DNA of 64,000 nucleotides. It comes from a bacterium. Its GTDB lineage: Bacteria; JACRDZ01; JAQUKH01. The stretch spans positions 1-64,000 of the forward strand of contig JAQUKH010000009.1 of assembly GCA_028719205.1 (NCBI GenBank), given 5' to 3'. Positions within the stretch are counted from its first letter, which is position 1. The number at the start of each line of letters is the position of its first letter. A model generated the notes under the pieces. It was given only the letters and a program-made list of their open reading frames with translations, was not told where the DNA came from and ran no database searches. The position numbers were made by a program, and so were the translations under genes. Below, in pieces: positions 37,994 to 47,930 of this stretch.

Positions 37994-38170
37994 ATGAAAA
38001 AAGTTAAAATTTTGATATCTATTACCAGTATTTTTTTTCTCATTGGATTTTTGGGATGCAGCCGGACTAAAAAAGTACAGCCCCCAAAGGAAGAGCAAAA
38101 AGGCAATGCATGGGAACAAGATATGAATAAATTAATAGAAAAGGCCACACCAAAGGAAGGCGGAAAATAG
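37994..38170 (+). CDS. 58-aa lipoprotein
   Basis: RBS AGGGAG; MKKVKILISITSIFFLIGFLGC lipobox; open to TAG at 38168-38170. Not in the ORF track. Confidence 0.7.
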   Translation: MKKVKILISITSIFFLIGFLGCSRTKKVQPPKEEQKGNAWEQDMNKLIEKATPKEGGK

Positions 38171-38215
38171 CCTCAGTAAAATATGCCGAAAGAGGCGTTT
38201 TTGTTTTAGGCTGTC

Positions 38216-38240
38216 CATACCTAACAGGGGTATAGTATAA
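38216..38240 (+). promoter_or_regulatory. CsoR-type operator upstream of copA
   Basis: cATACCtaacaggGGTATagtataa resembles the TACC-n-GGGGTA box at 40953-40971. Confidence 0.65.
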
Positions 38241-38321
38241 GCAAAACGCGAAGGTTAAAAAAATAAAATTGCTTTTTCGAGTATTTTGGATGTAGAATTA
38301 AAATAAAAGGAGTTGATTGAA

Positions 38322-40943
38322 ATGGCTATTGATCCTGTATGCGGAATGGAGGTTGACGAGAAAACCGCCATTAAGGCTGAAAAAGACGGTAAGACTTATT
38401 ATTTTTGCAGTAATATTTGCAAGCGTAAATTCTTAGGCGAGGATCTTCCTTTTGAACATAAAAAAGTGCCTGAAGGGAAAAAATTGGAAAAAGCTATTAT
38501 AAGCATTTCGGGTATGACCTGCGCGTCCTGCGTTATGTCTATTGAGGTGGGGCTTAAGCGCATGAAAGGAGTGTATACTGCGAATGTTAATTTTGCTTCA
38601 GGTAAAGCTATGGTTGAATATGATCCGCAGGCAGTTAACTTGCAGAAGATTGAAAATACTATTGAAAAAATAGGGTATAAGGTTATAAAACCAAAAATAC
38701 CGGATACAGGAAATGTGCTTAGGCTTAAAATAATCGGGATGGATAATCCCCATTGCCTTAATACAGTTAAAGGGGCGATTGAAAGCCTGCCGGGGATCAT
38801 ATCAAAAGAATTGTTTATGAATGAACGCGGGATCATTACTTTTGATCCATCTAAAATAACTAAAGAGAAAATAAAAGAGGCAATAAAAAACTCAGGGTAC
38901 ACGCCTCTTGAAGAGGCTGAAACAACTGCTGACGCTGAAAAAGAGGCCAGAGAAAAAGAAATTAACACGCTTAAACTTAAAACTATATTTTCGTTTGTCC
39001 TGGGAATTCCGCTTCTGTATCTTGCGATGGGGCATCACGCTGGTTTGCCTGTGCCTGAGGTTATTCTTAATAACATGGCTCTTTTGCAATTTATTTTCGC
39101 GACTCCGATCATAATTATAGGGTACCAGTTTTATACGAGGGGAATAACATCTATTATTAAAACAAGAGTGGCTAATATGGATACGCTTGTTGCTATTGGC
39201 ACGGGTGCGGCATATATCTATAGCCTTTTTGTGTCTATTAATATCTGGCAAGGCAATACAAAGTTTGGCGGTATGGAAAATTTATATTTTGAAGTCGCGG
39301 GAATACTTATAGCGTTTATCCTTTTTGGTAAAATGCTTGAAGCAATCGCGAAGGGAAAAACTTCAGAGGCTATTAAAAAACTTATGGGGCTTCAGCCAAA
39401 AACCGCCTTAGTGGAACGGGAAGGTCATGAACAGGAAATCCCGATAGAAGATGTAATTTTGGGTGATATAGTTATTGTAAAACCGGGTCAAAAAATTCCT
39501 GTTGACGGGGAAGTTACAGAGGGGTATTCAAGCGTTGATGAATCAATGCTGACCGGTGAGAGTATTCCTGTTGAAAAATCCGTTGGGTCAAAGATTATCG
39601 GCGCGACGATAAATAAAACAGGCAGTTTTAAATTTAAGGCTACCAAGGTCGGTAAAGATACCGCTCTTGCCCAGATCATAAAACTTGTTGAAGAAGCGCA
39701 GGGGAGTAAAGCCCGTGTTCAGGAACTGGCGGATAAAATATCCGCTTATTTCGTGCCGGTAGTCGTAATTATTGCGATACTCGCTTTTATGGGCTGGATA
39801 CTGGCGGGAAAAGGATTTGTTTTCGCTTTATCGATCTTTATCTCAGTTTTAGTTATTGCCTGTCCATGCGCTTTAGGTCTTGCCACACCGACTGCCGTAA
39901 TGGTTGGCACGGGCCTTGGAGCGGAACATGGTATTTTGATTAAAAGCGCGGACGCGCTTCAGACAGCACATGAGATCAATACTGTGGTTTTTGACAAAAC
40001 AGGGACCCTTACAAAAGGAGAACCTGAACTAACGGATGTTATAACTCACGGAGAGTATAAAGAAAATGACATTTTAATGTTTGCCGCGCTGACCGAAAAA
40101 AAATCAGAACACCCGTTGGGAGAGGCAATTGTAAAAGGTGCCGGTAAGAGAAATATTAACATCCCGGAGGCTGAAAGTTTTGATTCGATAACGGGTAAAG
40201 GCGTGAAAGCCTTGTGGCAGGGAAAAACCATTTATCTTGGGAACCGCAAACTTATGGAAGATCTATCGATCGATGTATCTTCATTAGAAGCTGCTTTGCA
40301 GGATCTGGAAAAGCAGGGAAAGACTGCCGTACTTGTGGCAATAAACAACAAATTAGAAGGTTTGGTGGCGGTTGCTGATACGCTGAAAGAACATTCTCAG
40401 GAGGCGGTTGACGCGTTGAAAAAGATGGGTAAAAATGTAGTAATGATAACAGGTGATAATATCCGTACGGCAAAAGCCATTGCGGGACAGCTTGGAATAG
40501 AACGGGTATTAGCCGAAGTATTGCCTCAGGATAAATCAGAAGAAATAAAAAAACTTCAGGCTGAAGGATTAAAAGTCGCAATGGTTGGAGACGGCATAAA
40601 TGACGCTCCTGCTTTAAGTCAGGCTGATATCGGAATAGCAATAGGAACGGGAACGGACGTCGCGATCGAAGCCGGAGATATTGTTCTTATAAAAGATGAC
40701 CTCCGCGATGTGGCGATAGCGATAGGCCTTTCAAGCTACGCGATGAAAAAGATAAAACAAAACCTTTTCTGGGCCTTTTTTTATAACTCTATTGGGATCC
40801 CGGTTGCCGCGGGTATCCTTTATCCCTTTACCGGTTTCCTTCTCAACCCGATGATCGCGGGCGCCGCGATGGCTTTCAGTTCGGTATCCGTGGTCAGCAA
40901 TTCGCTATTAATGAAAAGGTATAAGCCGGAAATAAAAAAATAA
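38322..40943 (+). CDS. copA: Cu(I)-transporting P1B-1 ATPase with YHS and two HMA domains
   Basis: 'DPVCGM', 'GMTCASC', TGES, '[11 protein letters not shown]', DKTGT, 'GDGINDAP', 'YN...P...MAFSS'. Confidence 0.96.
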   Translation: MAIDPVCGMEVDEKTAIKAEKDGKTYYFCSNICKRKFLGEDLPFEHKKVPEGKKLEKAIISISGMTCASCVMSIEVGLKRMKGVYTANVNFASGKAMVEYDPQAVNLQKIENTIEKIGYKVIKPKIPDTGNVLRLKIIGMDNPHCLNTVKGAIESLPGIISKELFMNERGIITFDPSKITKEKIKEAIKNSGYTPLEEAETTADAEKEAREKEINTLKLKTIFSFVLGIPLLYLAMGHHAGLPVPEVILNNMALLQFIFATPIIIIGYQFYTRGITSIIKTRVANMDTLVAIGTGAAYIYSLFVSINIWQGNTKFGGMENLYFEVAGILIAFILFGKMLEAIAKGKTSEAIKKLMGLQPKTALVEREGHEQEIPIEDVILGDIVIVKPGQKIPVDGEVTEGYSSVDESMLTGESIPVEKSVGSKIIGATINKTGSFKFKATKVGKDTALAQIIKLVEEAQGSKARVQELADKISAYFVPVVVIIAILAFMGWILAGKGFVFALSIFISVLVIACPCALGLATPTAVMVGTGLGAEHGILIKSADALQTAHEINTVVFDKTGTLTKGEPELTDVITHGEYKENDILMFAALTEKKSEHPLGEAIVKGAGKRNINIPEAESFDSITGKGVKALWQGKTIYLGNRKLMEDLSIDVSSLEAALQDLEKQGKTAVLVAINNKLEGLVAVADTLKEHSQEAVDALKKMGKNVVMITGDNIRTAKAIAGQLGIERVLAEVLPQDKSEEIKKLQAEGLKVAMVGDGINDAPALSQADIGIAIGTGTDVAIEAGDIVLIKDDLRDVAIAIGLSSYAMKKIKQNLFWAFFYNSIGIPVAAGILYPFTGFLLNPMIAGAAMAFSSVSVVSNSLLMKRYKPEIKK

Positions 40944-40948
40944 AGTTC

Positions 40949-40978
40949 TTGACATACCCTAGGGGGGTATGGTAATGT
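40949..40978 (+). promoter_or_regulatory. Sigma70 promoter with embedded CsoR operator
   Basis: TTGACA at 40949-54, palindrome CATACCCtagggGGGTATG at 40953-71, extended -10 TGgTAATGT ending at 40978. Confidence 0.85.
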
Positions 40979-40984
40979 ATAATT

Positions 40985-41263
40985 ATGGAAAAAGGCGCGT
41001 TACATTTAGATGAAATATCTAGATTAAAAAAAATTGAAGGGCAGGTTCGGGGTATTCAGAAAATGCTTGAGGAAAGAAGGTATTGCGTGGATATCCTGCT
41101 CCAGCTTTCCGCGGCCGGCGCGGCAATTAAAAAAGTCGAGAATAGTATTCTTAAAAGGCATTTAGAAACTTGTTTTTCAAATGCCTTTATTTCTGGAACT
41201 GAAAAAGAAAAGCATGATAAAATAAAAGAAGTTATTGATGTATTGGAAAAATTCAATAAATGA
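40985..41263 (+). CDS. csoR: Copper-sensing repressor
   Basis: 'RLKKIEGQVRGIQKM....YCVDIL.Q...HLETC' carries the C-H-C ligand set. Confidence 0.94.
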   Translation: MEKGALHLDEISRLKKIEGQVRGIQKMLEERRYCVDILLQLSAAGAAIKKVENSILKRHLETCFSNAFISGTEKEKHDKIKEVIDVLEKFNK

Positions 41264-41278
41264 TGAAAAGGATCAGAA

Positions 41279-41665
41279 ATGTTTAACTTTAAGGAAAAAT
41301 ATAAAAGATTATTTATTATAGGGATTATATTGTTGTTTAGCAATTCGGCAGTATTTGCTCATGTGAAGACCTGCTGTCAGATGGGGAAAACTCAAGAAAA
41401 TCATTCCTGTTGCGCAAATAAGGCTTCATTTAGTTATAAGCAGGCATCGAAATGCGAATGCAGGATCGGTATAGCCGGCGATCTTGTTTCTGAAAACAAG
41501 AGTGATGTAATAGATGATTTATTAAAACATTCCGTATCTTTCGCCCGGAATAACTCCGTTATTAATGTTCCTTCAGAAAATAATGATAAATCGCATGACA
41601 ATGAATTATTATTCAAATCTTGTTCTGTCCCAATATTCCTCAAAGATTGTTCATTCCTTATTTGA
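41279..41665 (+). CDS. Exported Cys-rich hypothetical protein (possible metal binder)
   Basis: Signal peptide, CC...HSCC...CEC, C-terminal 'PIFLKDCSFLI'. Confidence 0.65.
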   Translation: MFNFKEKYKRLFIIGIILLFSNSAVFAHVKTCCQMGKTQENHSCCANKASFSYKQASKCECRIGIAGDLVSENKSDVIDDLLKHSVSFARNNSVINVPSENNDKSHDNELLFKSCSVPIFLKDCSFLI

Positions 41666-41771
41666 TCAAAAATCTTCCCAGTAAAAAATTGACTTTTTAA
41701 AAATTAAAGTAGTATAATTCTATTAGAATTGTTTTCCGTTAAATTAAGTTAAAAACATAAATGGAGTAATT

Positions 41772-43049
41772 ATGTTCAGGATTATTTTGTCCTCAAAGAG
41801 GATAACAAGGACTAGAAGCGGTAAGAACCTGGCTTTCAGCCAGAACCTTACGCTTAAGTCTTGTTTATCAGCCTTATTGATATTTGTATTTATCTTTGGG
41901 AATGCCGGTTTTGCATCGGATGATATTCTGGATGACATTGGTGAGGGCCTGAAAGATGCCAAAACCTTTGAAAAGGAAAAGGCGGAGCCCTATTTTAAAA
42001 GCCTTTTTAAGGCAATAGGCAGAAGCGATAACTATATCATTTATAAAGAACTTTATATTTCTGAACGGTATTCATCTGAACTTGGGCAAATGGAAGGCAG
42101 AAATTCGCTTGGATTTATTTTATTCGGAACATTTTCCGGGCCTGAAGGACAGCTTGGTGATATGAATGTGCAATTCAGGGCCGCTTATTACAACAACCAG
42201 TTTGCCTACGGTGAAAAGATGAAACGGGAATATACAGAAAACCTGAATGATTTTGAAACAGAACTGCATAATGCCTATTTAAGGTTGAGAGTTTCCCCCC
42301 CAATGTTTACACTGAGGCTGGGCCATTTTTATGTTCCTTTCGGGATCCAGCCGTGGATCGATACTCATGGAACGCTTTTGCAAAGCCCGGCAATGGAATT
42401 CAGCGGTGTTGAAAGGGATTGGGGTATCGGTATAGAAGGACAAAATGATTTCTTTGAATACCAAGCGGCGGTTACCCGCGGTTCAGGTATGGAATATTTT
42501 GAACGGGACGGGAATTATGTCTTAGCCGGTAAAGTTTCTACCCCGAGGATAGGCGAACATTTGAATGAGTGGTTAGGAATATCACTTTTAGTAGGAAGGA
42601 TATATGATCCGATGGCAGTTATGAAACTTCGCAGTTTCACAATGCAGGAAAAAGAAGATGATTTAATGAGTAACATTATTAAAAAGTGGAGGATCGGAAC
42701 TGACGGGCAAAAGCTGTATGGCCCGATGAGGCTGCGCGGTGAAGTTTCATTCGGCCGGGATGCGGGTAAAGAAGATATCCTGGCGGAATTCGCGGAAATT
42801 AAATACGCGCTGGGCAGAGATAACCGCTGGTCAGGTTATGCGCAGATCGAAAATCTGACGCAGGATTTTAACAACCCGGACCGGGGCAGTAATACCGCGC
42901 TTCGCGGGGGATTGACTTATAGCTTTTCCGCGAATTACAATTTACAGTTTGTAGTGTCAAAGGATCTGGCTACTATCTTTGGTGAAAAGGATACATGGGT
43001 AGGAGTTTTATTTTATGGGCAAAAGGGCGGAGGATTCAGGGAATGGTAA
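41772..43049 (+). CDS. Probable outer-membrane beta-barrel protein with an in-frame repeat insertion in its signal peptide
   Basis: Alternating beta-strand pattern; 'ELHNAYL...LRLGHFYVPFG...RDWG' porin-like motifs. Confidence 0.7.
   Translation: MFRIILSSKRITRTRSGKNLAFSQNLTLKSCLSALLIFVFIFGNAGFASDDILDDIGEGLKDAKTFEKEKAEPYFKSLFKAIGRSDNYIIYKELYISERYSSELGQMEGRNSLGFILFGTFSGPEGQLGDMNVQFRAAYYNNQFAYGEKMKREYTENLNDFETELHNAYLRLRVSPPMFTLRLGHFYVPFGIQPWIDTHGTLLQSPAMEFSGVERDWGIGIEGQNDFFEYQAAVTRGSGMEYFERDGNYVLAGKVSTPRIGEHLNEWLGISLLVGRIYDPMAVMKLRSFTMQEKEDDLMSNIIKKWRIGTDGQKLYGPMRLRGEVSFGRDAGKEDILAEFAEIKYALGRDNRWSGYAQIENLTQDFNNPDRGSNTALRGGLTYSFSANYNLQFVVSKDLATIFGEKDTWVGVLFYGQKGGGFREW
41787..41868. repeat. ~80-bp hairpin repeat copy 1 (intragenic, in frame)
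   Basis: gaggataacaaggactagaagcgg.aagaacctggctttcagcc...cgcttaagtcttgtttat is shared with 60288-60378. Confidence 0.9.
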
Positions 43050-43055
43050 GAAACG

Positions 43056-43097
43056 CCCCCTCTGTCCCCCTCTTTAATTAAAGAGGGGGAAGGGGGA
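43056..43097. repeat. C-tract/G-tract palindromic repeat
   Basis: ccccctctgtccccctcttt-aatt-aaagagggggaaggggg; a related element lies at 44787-44856. Confidence 0.7.
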
Positions 43098-43117
43098 GTT
43101 AAATTAAAGGAGATTAA

Positions 43118-44377
43118 ATGTATAAGAAATTAATTATTTATTTGATGATATTTATGCTTATAGGGACAATGAATGTTTTCGCCCAATCCCAAGTCGTTCC
43201 GTGCCAGTTAACGAACGCGGATCAGGATACGATCCGGCTTTTTCCGGAAAGGACCAATTACCGTTCGGAATTTATCCGGACTGATGAAGTGGGAGATAAG
43301 CGTAAGATTGGCGGCGAGGTATTGTATAAAGAATTGGAGAAGCGGTTAGGTGATAAATGGGATCCTATCTGGGAAACGAAGGATATTCCATATGTTTTTT
43401 ATGAAATTTTAAAAGGGCAGGAAACGATCGGCTGGGTCTTTGGCGCGAACCAGGGCTGGCCGGGAGCTGATAATTCACAGTTGATGATGGCCTTTGATCT
43501 GGATGAAAGGATCCAGGAATTTTTTTATCAGAAACTGCCTTCCGTGCAAAGGGAAAAGTTGCAAACTCCGGAGTTCTATTCTCAATTTATCGGGCTGACT
43601 TTGGAACATTTTTATATTAATGAATATCTGATAAGCCAGAAAATTGAGGATAAGAATATTTTGAGTTTAGACATGATTGGTCGCATCCGGAATCCGGCCG
43701 AGAAAGAAACCGAAGGCTTCCAAAAGACACTGCGCGGGATGAAAAAGGTTTTAGTTTATCTGGATGACTTCAAGTTTGGAAATAAAATAAAAAAGGACGA
43801 AGTAATTAATAAAACAAAAAAAATTATTGAAGCCAAAGTTCCATTATTAAGTGAAAATCCAATGGAAAGGATCAAAAAAATATTTCCAAACGCGTCGAGG
43901 TATGTGGTTGACCTTATATCAACGGATCCAGTTACTCCGGTTTATGTGGTTTACAAAGATGATGTGTATAAGAAGCCTTTTGTCAGGGGAATTCTTTTGG
44001 GATATGTCCTGCCGTTGGAATTAAATACAGCGCAGGGAAAATTCAGCTTGGTTATTTCCGTTGGCAGTCAGGATAAAGAAAAGGGCAAGATCCAGTCTTT
44101 GGAAATAAACAAAACCGGATTTAATCAGTTAAAAAATATATCCCTGGTTAATTTTTACGCGAAGGACGTACTGACGAGGACCAAATTGTCTGACGAGAAA
44201 ATAGATAAGATAGGGCCTTTAAAAGTTGAGGTTGAAGGTAAGGATATAACTCAGGATGTTCTTGCAATAGCACGAAAGGAATTGATCTTAGTTGATAACA
44301 CTTATCTTCATAATTTATTTAAAAAGGATGAGATCGAGAAAAAAATTGAAGATTATTTAAAAGGACAAAAAAAATAA
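43118..44377 (+). CDS. Exported hypothetical protein with two related domains (possibly FMN-binding/RnfG-like fold)
   Basis: Signal peptide; internal similarity RLFPERTNY/KIFPNASRY and GLTLEHFY/NISLVNFY. No TGAT flavinylation motif seen. Confidence 0.6.
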   Translation: MYKKLIIYLMIFMLIGTMNVFAQSQVVPCQLTNADQDTIRLFPERTNYRSEFIRTDEVGDKRKIGGEVLYKELEKRLGDKWDPIWETKDIPYVFYEILKGQETIGWVFGANQGWPGADNSQLMMAFDLDERIQEFFYQKLPSVQREKLQTPEFYSQFIGLTLEHFYINEYLISQKIEDKNILSLDMIGRIRNPAEKETEGFQKTLRGMKKVLVYLDDFKFGNKIKKDEVINKTKKIIEAKVPLLSENPMERIKKIFPNASRYVVDLISTDPVTPVYVVYKDDVYKKPFVRGILLGYVLPLELNTAQGKFSLVISVGSQDKEKGKIQSLEINKTGFNQLKNISLVNFYAKDVLTRTKLSDEKIDKIGPLKVEVEGKDITQDVLAIARKELILVDNTYLHNLFKKDEIEKKIEDYLKGQKK

Positions 44378-44393
44378 AATAGGAGGAACAACT

Positions 44394-44786
44394 ATGAAAA
44401 AGATATTGGTAATCTTAGGATTAATTTTAATAGGAGCGGCAGGATTATTTATATCAAGCTGCGGTTCAGGGATAGAAAAATTTGGCGAGGAGATCGGTGC
44501 AAATACAGCCAAAACAGCTATCGGGACAATACTGCTTAATCCCGGTGATTACGTTAATAAAGAAGTAATTATTGAGGGAAAAATAGCGAGTGAATGCCCG
44601 ACAGGCGGATGGATAAATGTTTCTGACGCTTCAGGCGGCGGGACAATTTATGTTGAAATGCACGGTACACCTATAACTATACCTCAAAGGGTGGGTAAAA
44701 ATGTAGAGGTTAAAGGGATGGTTTATCAGACAGAAAGCGAACCGAAAGAAACAAAAATCTTGGCGAAAGGATTAATAATAAAATAA
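44394..44786 (+). CDS. Lipoprotein with OB-fold-like domain
   Basis: Lipobox ISSC; 'ILLNP..Y..KEV.IEGKI..ECPTGGW'. Confidence 0.7.
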   Translation: MKKILVILGLILIGAAGLFISSCGSGIEKFGEEIGANTAKTAIGTILLNPGDYVNKEVIIEGKIASECPTGGWINVSDASGGGTIYVEMHGTPITIPQRVGKNVEVKGMVYQTESEPKETKILAKGLIIK

Positions 44787-44856
44787 CCCCCTTTCATTCC
44801 CCCTTATCAGGGGGATAATTGATTTCTCCCCTGATAAGGAGAGATCAAGAGGGGTT
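44787..44856. repeat. C-tract/G-tract double-hairpin repeat
   Basis: ccccctttcattcccccttatcaggggga...tctcccctgataaggagagatcaagagggg. Confidence 0.7.
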
Positions 44857-44875
44857 TGAATAAAGGTTAATATTT

Positions 44876-45361
44876 ATGAAAAAAATAATTGTGATTTCCA
44901 TGCTCTATGCTTTATGCTCTATGCTCTTTTCGAGTTGCGGCCCAAAACCACAATTTATGGCGGTAGGAGATGAAGCTCCAGGTTTTTCTATCCTGGATAT
45001 GAATGGCAATAAAGTTTCATTGAAAAGCCTTTTGAATGGGAAAGAGGTAGTATTAAATTTCTGGGCCAGCTGGTGTCCGGAGTGCCGTGCCGAGGTATCG
45101 CGTTTAAAAGAGTTTTCTGAGAAATATAAAGATAAGATAGAGATTGTGGGAATAAATCTGGAAGAATCCAAAGAAACGGTCCAATCGTTTATTGAATCTA
45201 ACGGGATAAAATACAAAATATTGCTGGATTCAAATGGAAAGACAGCAAAACTTTATATGGTGCGGGGCGTGCCGACGAATATTTTAATTAATAAGGATGG
45301 GTTAATTAAAAAACTTAATATAGATATCAGGGAAATGGAAAGTTATTTAATCCAAATATAA
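44876..45361 (+). CDS. TlpA/ResA-like thioredoxin lipoprotein
   Basis: Lipobox FSSC; 'LNFWASWCPEC', 'VRGVPT'. Confidence 0.92.
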   Translation: MKKIIVISMLYALCSMLFSSCGPKPQFMAVGDEAPGFSILDMNGNKVSLKSLLNGKEVVLNFWASWCPECRAEVSRLKEFSEKYKDKIEIVGINLEESKETVQSFIESNGIKYKILLDSNGKTAKLYMVRGVPTNILINKDGLIKKLNIDIREMESYLIQI

Positions 45362-45372
45362 GGAGAAGGATT

Positions 45373-47145
45373 ATGAGGAAATTTTTTAATTTGGCTTATA
45401 AAAATTTATACAGGCGAAAAATAAGGTCAATGCTTACGATCGGCGGTGTAGGCGTGGCAGTGGCGGTATTGGTGAGCCTTTTAGGATTTAATTCCGGGTA
45501 TCGTATCGCGCTGGAAAAGGATGTTTCCGGTATGGGATACCAGGTTTTAATTACCGCTAAGGGATGTCCATATGAATTGGCGACTGTGGCTTTATCCGGG
45601 ACAGGGGCACTGCGTTATCTTACGGATGACACGATAGCAAAAGTAAAACAGGACAAAGAGATCGCTGAATTAACTCCAATGTTAATGAATCCGCTGATTA
45701 AAGAAAACGGGAATGGTTTTTATACCTTCTGGGGGATAGACAAGGATAGTTACACGAAACTTCGCCCAATGATGCAGATAGCGAAAGGCAAACATAAAGA
45801 AAGGATTACTGATCCATCTTCGGGAAAAGAGACTGAAAAAGAAATAGACGGGCCAATGGGCAGGTGGTTTAAAACTCGTGAGATTAAAGCGGACGAGATC
45901 TATTTGAAGAATGGTAAAGTCTTAAAAGGTTTGATCACGGGCGAGGGAAAATATGAAAAGGTTGTGGGAACTGAACTTGATCCGGTCAGCGGGGATTTTG
46001 TCCAGAAAAAGAAAATGGTTTCAACGGTCAAGGTTATGCTTCCATCAAGAGTGTACAATAAAATAGATGTCGAAAGTGTAAAGACTGCAAAAATCGGAGA
46101 AGAACTGAAAGATGAATTGTATTTAAAGGATGGAAGTAAAATAACAGGAGTGATACTTAATGAGACGAAGGATGTATACAATGTAGGAGATGTAGAATTG
46201 GCTTATCCCAACAGTGAAGAAATTGATCTGGAACAGGTTGCTGTTGAGGCTAATGGCAGTCCGAAAATTATTAAATATGACAAGGGCGAGGAAATTGAAC
46301 TGGTTATGGGCTGGGAGGCCGCGCAAACGGGATTTGTTCAGGTCGGTCAGAAACTGGCGATTAATGTTAAAGAAATGGCAAGAGAAAAAGTTAAGGAAAA
46401 AATAACCGACCCGGTCAGCGGGAAATCAAAAGAGATCGAAAAAGAAATAGAAAAACCTGTATCAACTTCTTATACCTTCAGAGTAGTCGGGATCCTGGAA
46501 AAAGGAGGAGGCCAGGATGATGGTTCATATTTTATCCAGATAGAAGAGGCGCAAAGAATTTTCAGGAAATACAAAATGCTTACAGGTATCGGTGTCAGGC
46601 TGAATAATCTTGCCCAGCTTCCATTGTTTACAGACAGGATCTACAACCGTAAAGAATTGGGAGAAACACAGATCGTAAGCCTCGCGGAGGTGAAAGGAAC
46701 GATCCTCAATCTGGTGCAGACCGCGAAAATTCTGGTTATGTCGGTGGCGTTTATCGCGATCCTTGTCGCGTTGATCGGAGTAATGAACACTATTTTGATG
46801 AGCGTGTTTGAGCGGACCCAGGAAATAGGAATTATGAAAGCGATAGGCGCGTCGCGTATGGATATATTTAAACTTATCTGGCTGGAGACAATTGTTATCT
46901 GTGTATTTGGAGGTATTTTGGGGACGATTATTGCCGTAGTTGGAGGAAGTTTTATAGAAAAATTGATCAGAGCGGTAATGTCCAGGGCGGGTTATGTTCC
47001 CGCAGGCCAGATAATTAATTTTACACCTGGCATAATTATCGGTTCATTTGTCGGCGCGATCGTTTTAGGAATTTTATCTGGGATCTGGCCCGCATACCGC
47101 GCGGCAAAGATGAGGCCTATTGAGGCGATAAGAAGCGGAGAATAA
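45373..47145 (+). CDS. MacB/FtsX-family ABC permease with an expanded periplasmic domain
   Basis: 'NLYRRKIRS.LT', 'AKGCPYE', 'MSVFERTQEIGIMKAIGAS', 'PAYRAAKM.PIEAIR'. Confidence 0.92.
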   Translation: MRKFFNLAYKNLYRRKIRSMLTIGGVGVAVAVLVSLLGFNSGYRIALEKDVSGMGYQVLITAKGCPYELATVALSGTGALRYLTDDTIAKVKQDKEIAELTPMLMNPLIKENGNGFYTFWGIDKDSYTKLRPMMQIAKGKHKERITDPSSGKETEKEIDGPMGRWFKTREIKADEIYLKNGKVLKGLITGEGKYEKVVGTELDPVSGDFVQKKKMVSTVKVMLPSRVYNKIDVESVKTAKIGEELKDELYLKDGSKITGVILNETKDVYNVGDVELAYPNSEEIDLEQVAVEANGSPKIIKYDKGEEIELVMGWEAAQTGFVQVGQKLAINVKEMAREKVKEKITDPVSGKSKEIEKEIEKPVSTSYTFRVVGILEKGGGQDDGSYFIQIEEAQRIFRKYKMLTGIGVRLNNLAQLPLFTDRIYNRKELGETQIVSLAEVKGTILNLVQTAKILVMSVAFIAILVALIGVMNTILMSVFERTQEIGIMKAIGASRMDIFKLIWLETIVICVFGGILGTIIAVVGGSFIEKLIRAVMSRAGYVPAGQIINFTPGIIIGSFVGAIVLGILSGIWPAYRAAKMRPIEAIRSGE

Positions 47146-47159
47146 AGGAGGGGACCAAA

Positions 47160-47849
47160 ATGGAAAATACACAAGTTATAAATACAAAAGGATTAAAAAA
47201 GGTCTACCGCCTTTATGCTGAAGAAATAGCCGCGCTCAAAGGAATAGATCTTAGTATAAATAAAGGAGAATTTGTTTCAATAATGGGGCCATCGGGCGCC
47301 GGAAAAACCACATTTTTAAATCTTGTCGGATGCTTGGATCATATAACATCCGGGGATTTGACGGTGCTTGGCAAAAATCTTAATTCATTCGATGACTCCC
47401 GTATGCGTGACCTGAGGCTCCATCACCTGGGATTTGTTTTTCAGGAATTTTTTCTGGTGAAAGAGCTGACTGCCCTGGAGAATGTGGAATTACCCATGCT
47501 GTTTGCCGACAACAAGGACCTAAGCTGGGCAAAACATTTGATAGAAAGAGTGGGGCTTGGAAAAAGAATGAATCATTTGCCTAAAGAAATGTCTGGCGGA
47601 GAGATGCAGAGAGTTGCTATCGCGCGGGCATTGGCAAATAAGCCGGATATTGTATTGGCTGATGAGCCTACAGGAAATCTGGATACAAAGAACGCCCAGA
47701 GTATTTACGATCTTTTCAGGGAACTGGGTAAGGAAGAAAATCTTACGATTATCGCGGCTACTCATAATGTAAAACTGGCTTATCAGGCGGACAGGGTTGT
47801 GCATTTGCGTGAAGGGCGTATTGAAAAAGATGAAATTGTTAAACATTAA
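47160..47849 (+). CDS. ABC transporter ATP-binding protein (LolD/MacB type)
   Basis: GPSGAGKT, MSGGEMQR, LADEPTGNLD. Confidence 0.95.
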   Translation: MENTQVINTKGLKKVYRLYAEEIAALKGIDLSINKGEFVSIMGPSGAGKTTFLNLVGCLDHITSGDLTVLGKNLNSFDDSRMRDLRLHHLGFVFQEFFLVKELTALENVELPMLFADNKDLSWAKHLIERVGLGKRMNHLPKEMSGGEMQRVAIARALANKPDIVLADEPTGNLDTKNAQSIYDLFRELGKEENLTIIAATHNVKLAYQADRVVHLREGRIEKDEIVKH

Positions 47850-47854
47850 TTAAT

Positions 47855-47918
47855 TGTAGGGGCAGACCCATGTGTCTGCCCAAAAATAATGGGGCGAACA
47901 CATGGGTTCACCCCTACA
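47855..47918. repeat. Inverted pair of GTAG REP palindromes
   Basis: tGTAGgggcagacccatgtgtctgccc ... ggggcgaacacatgggttcacccCTACa. Confidence 0.85.
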
Positions 47919-47930
47919 AAGGAAAATATT

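Noticed and set aside
43118-44377. RnfG/NqrC-type flavinylated subunit
   Set aside because: No (S/T)GA(S/T) flavinylation motif and no rnf/nqr or apbE genes nearby; kept as hypothetical.
47889-47930. N-terminal extension MGRTHGFTPT of the second ABC ATPase (also ORFs 4884-5069 and 55544-55756)
   Set aside because: These are translations of REP or tRNA sequence; an RBS-like AAGGA precedes ATG 47931.
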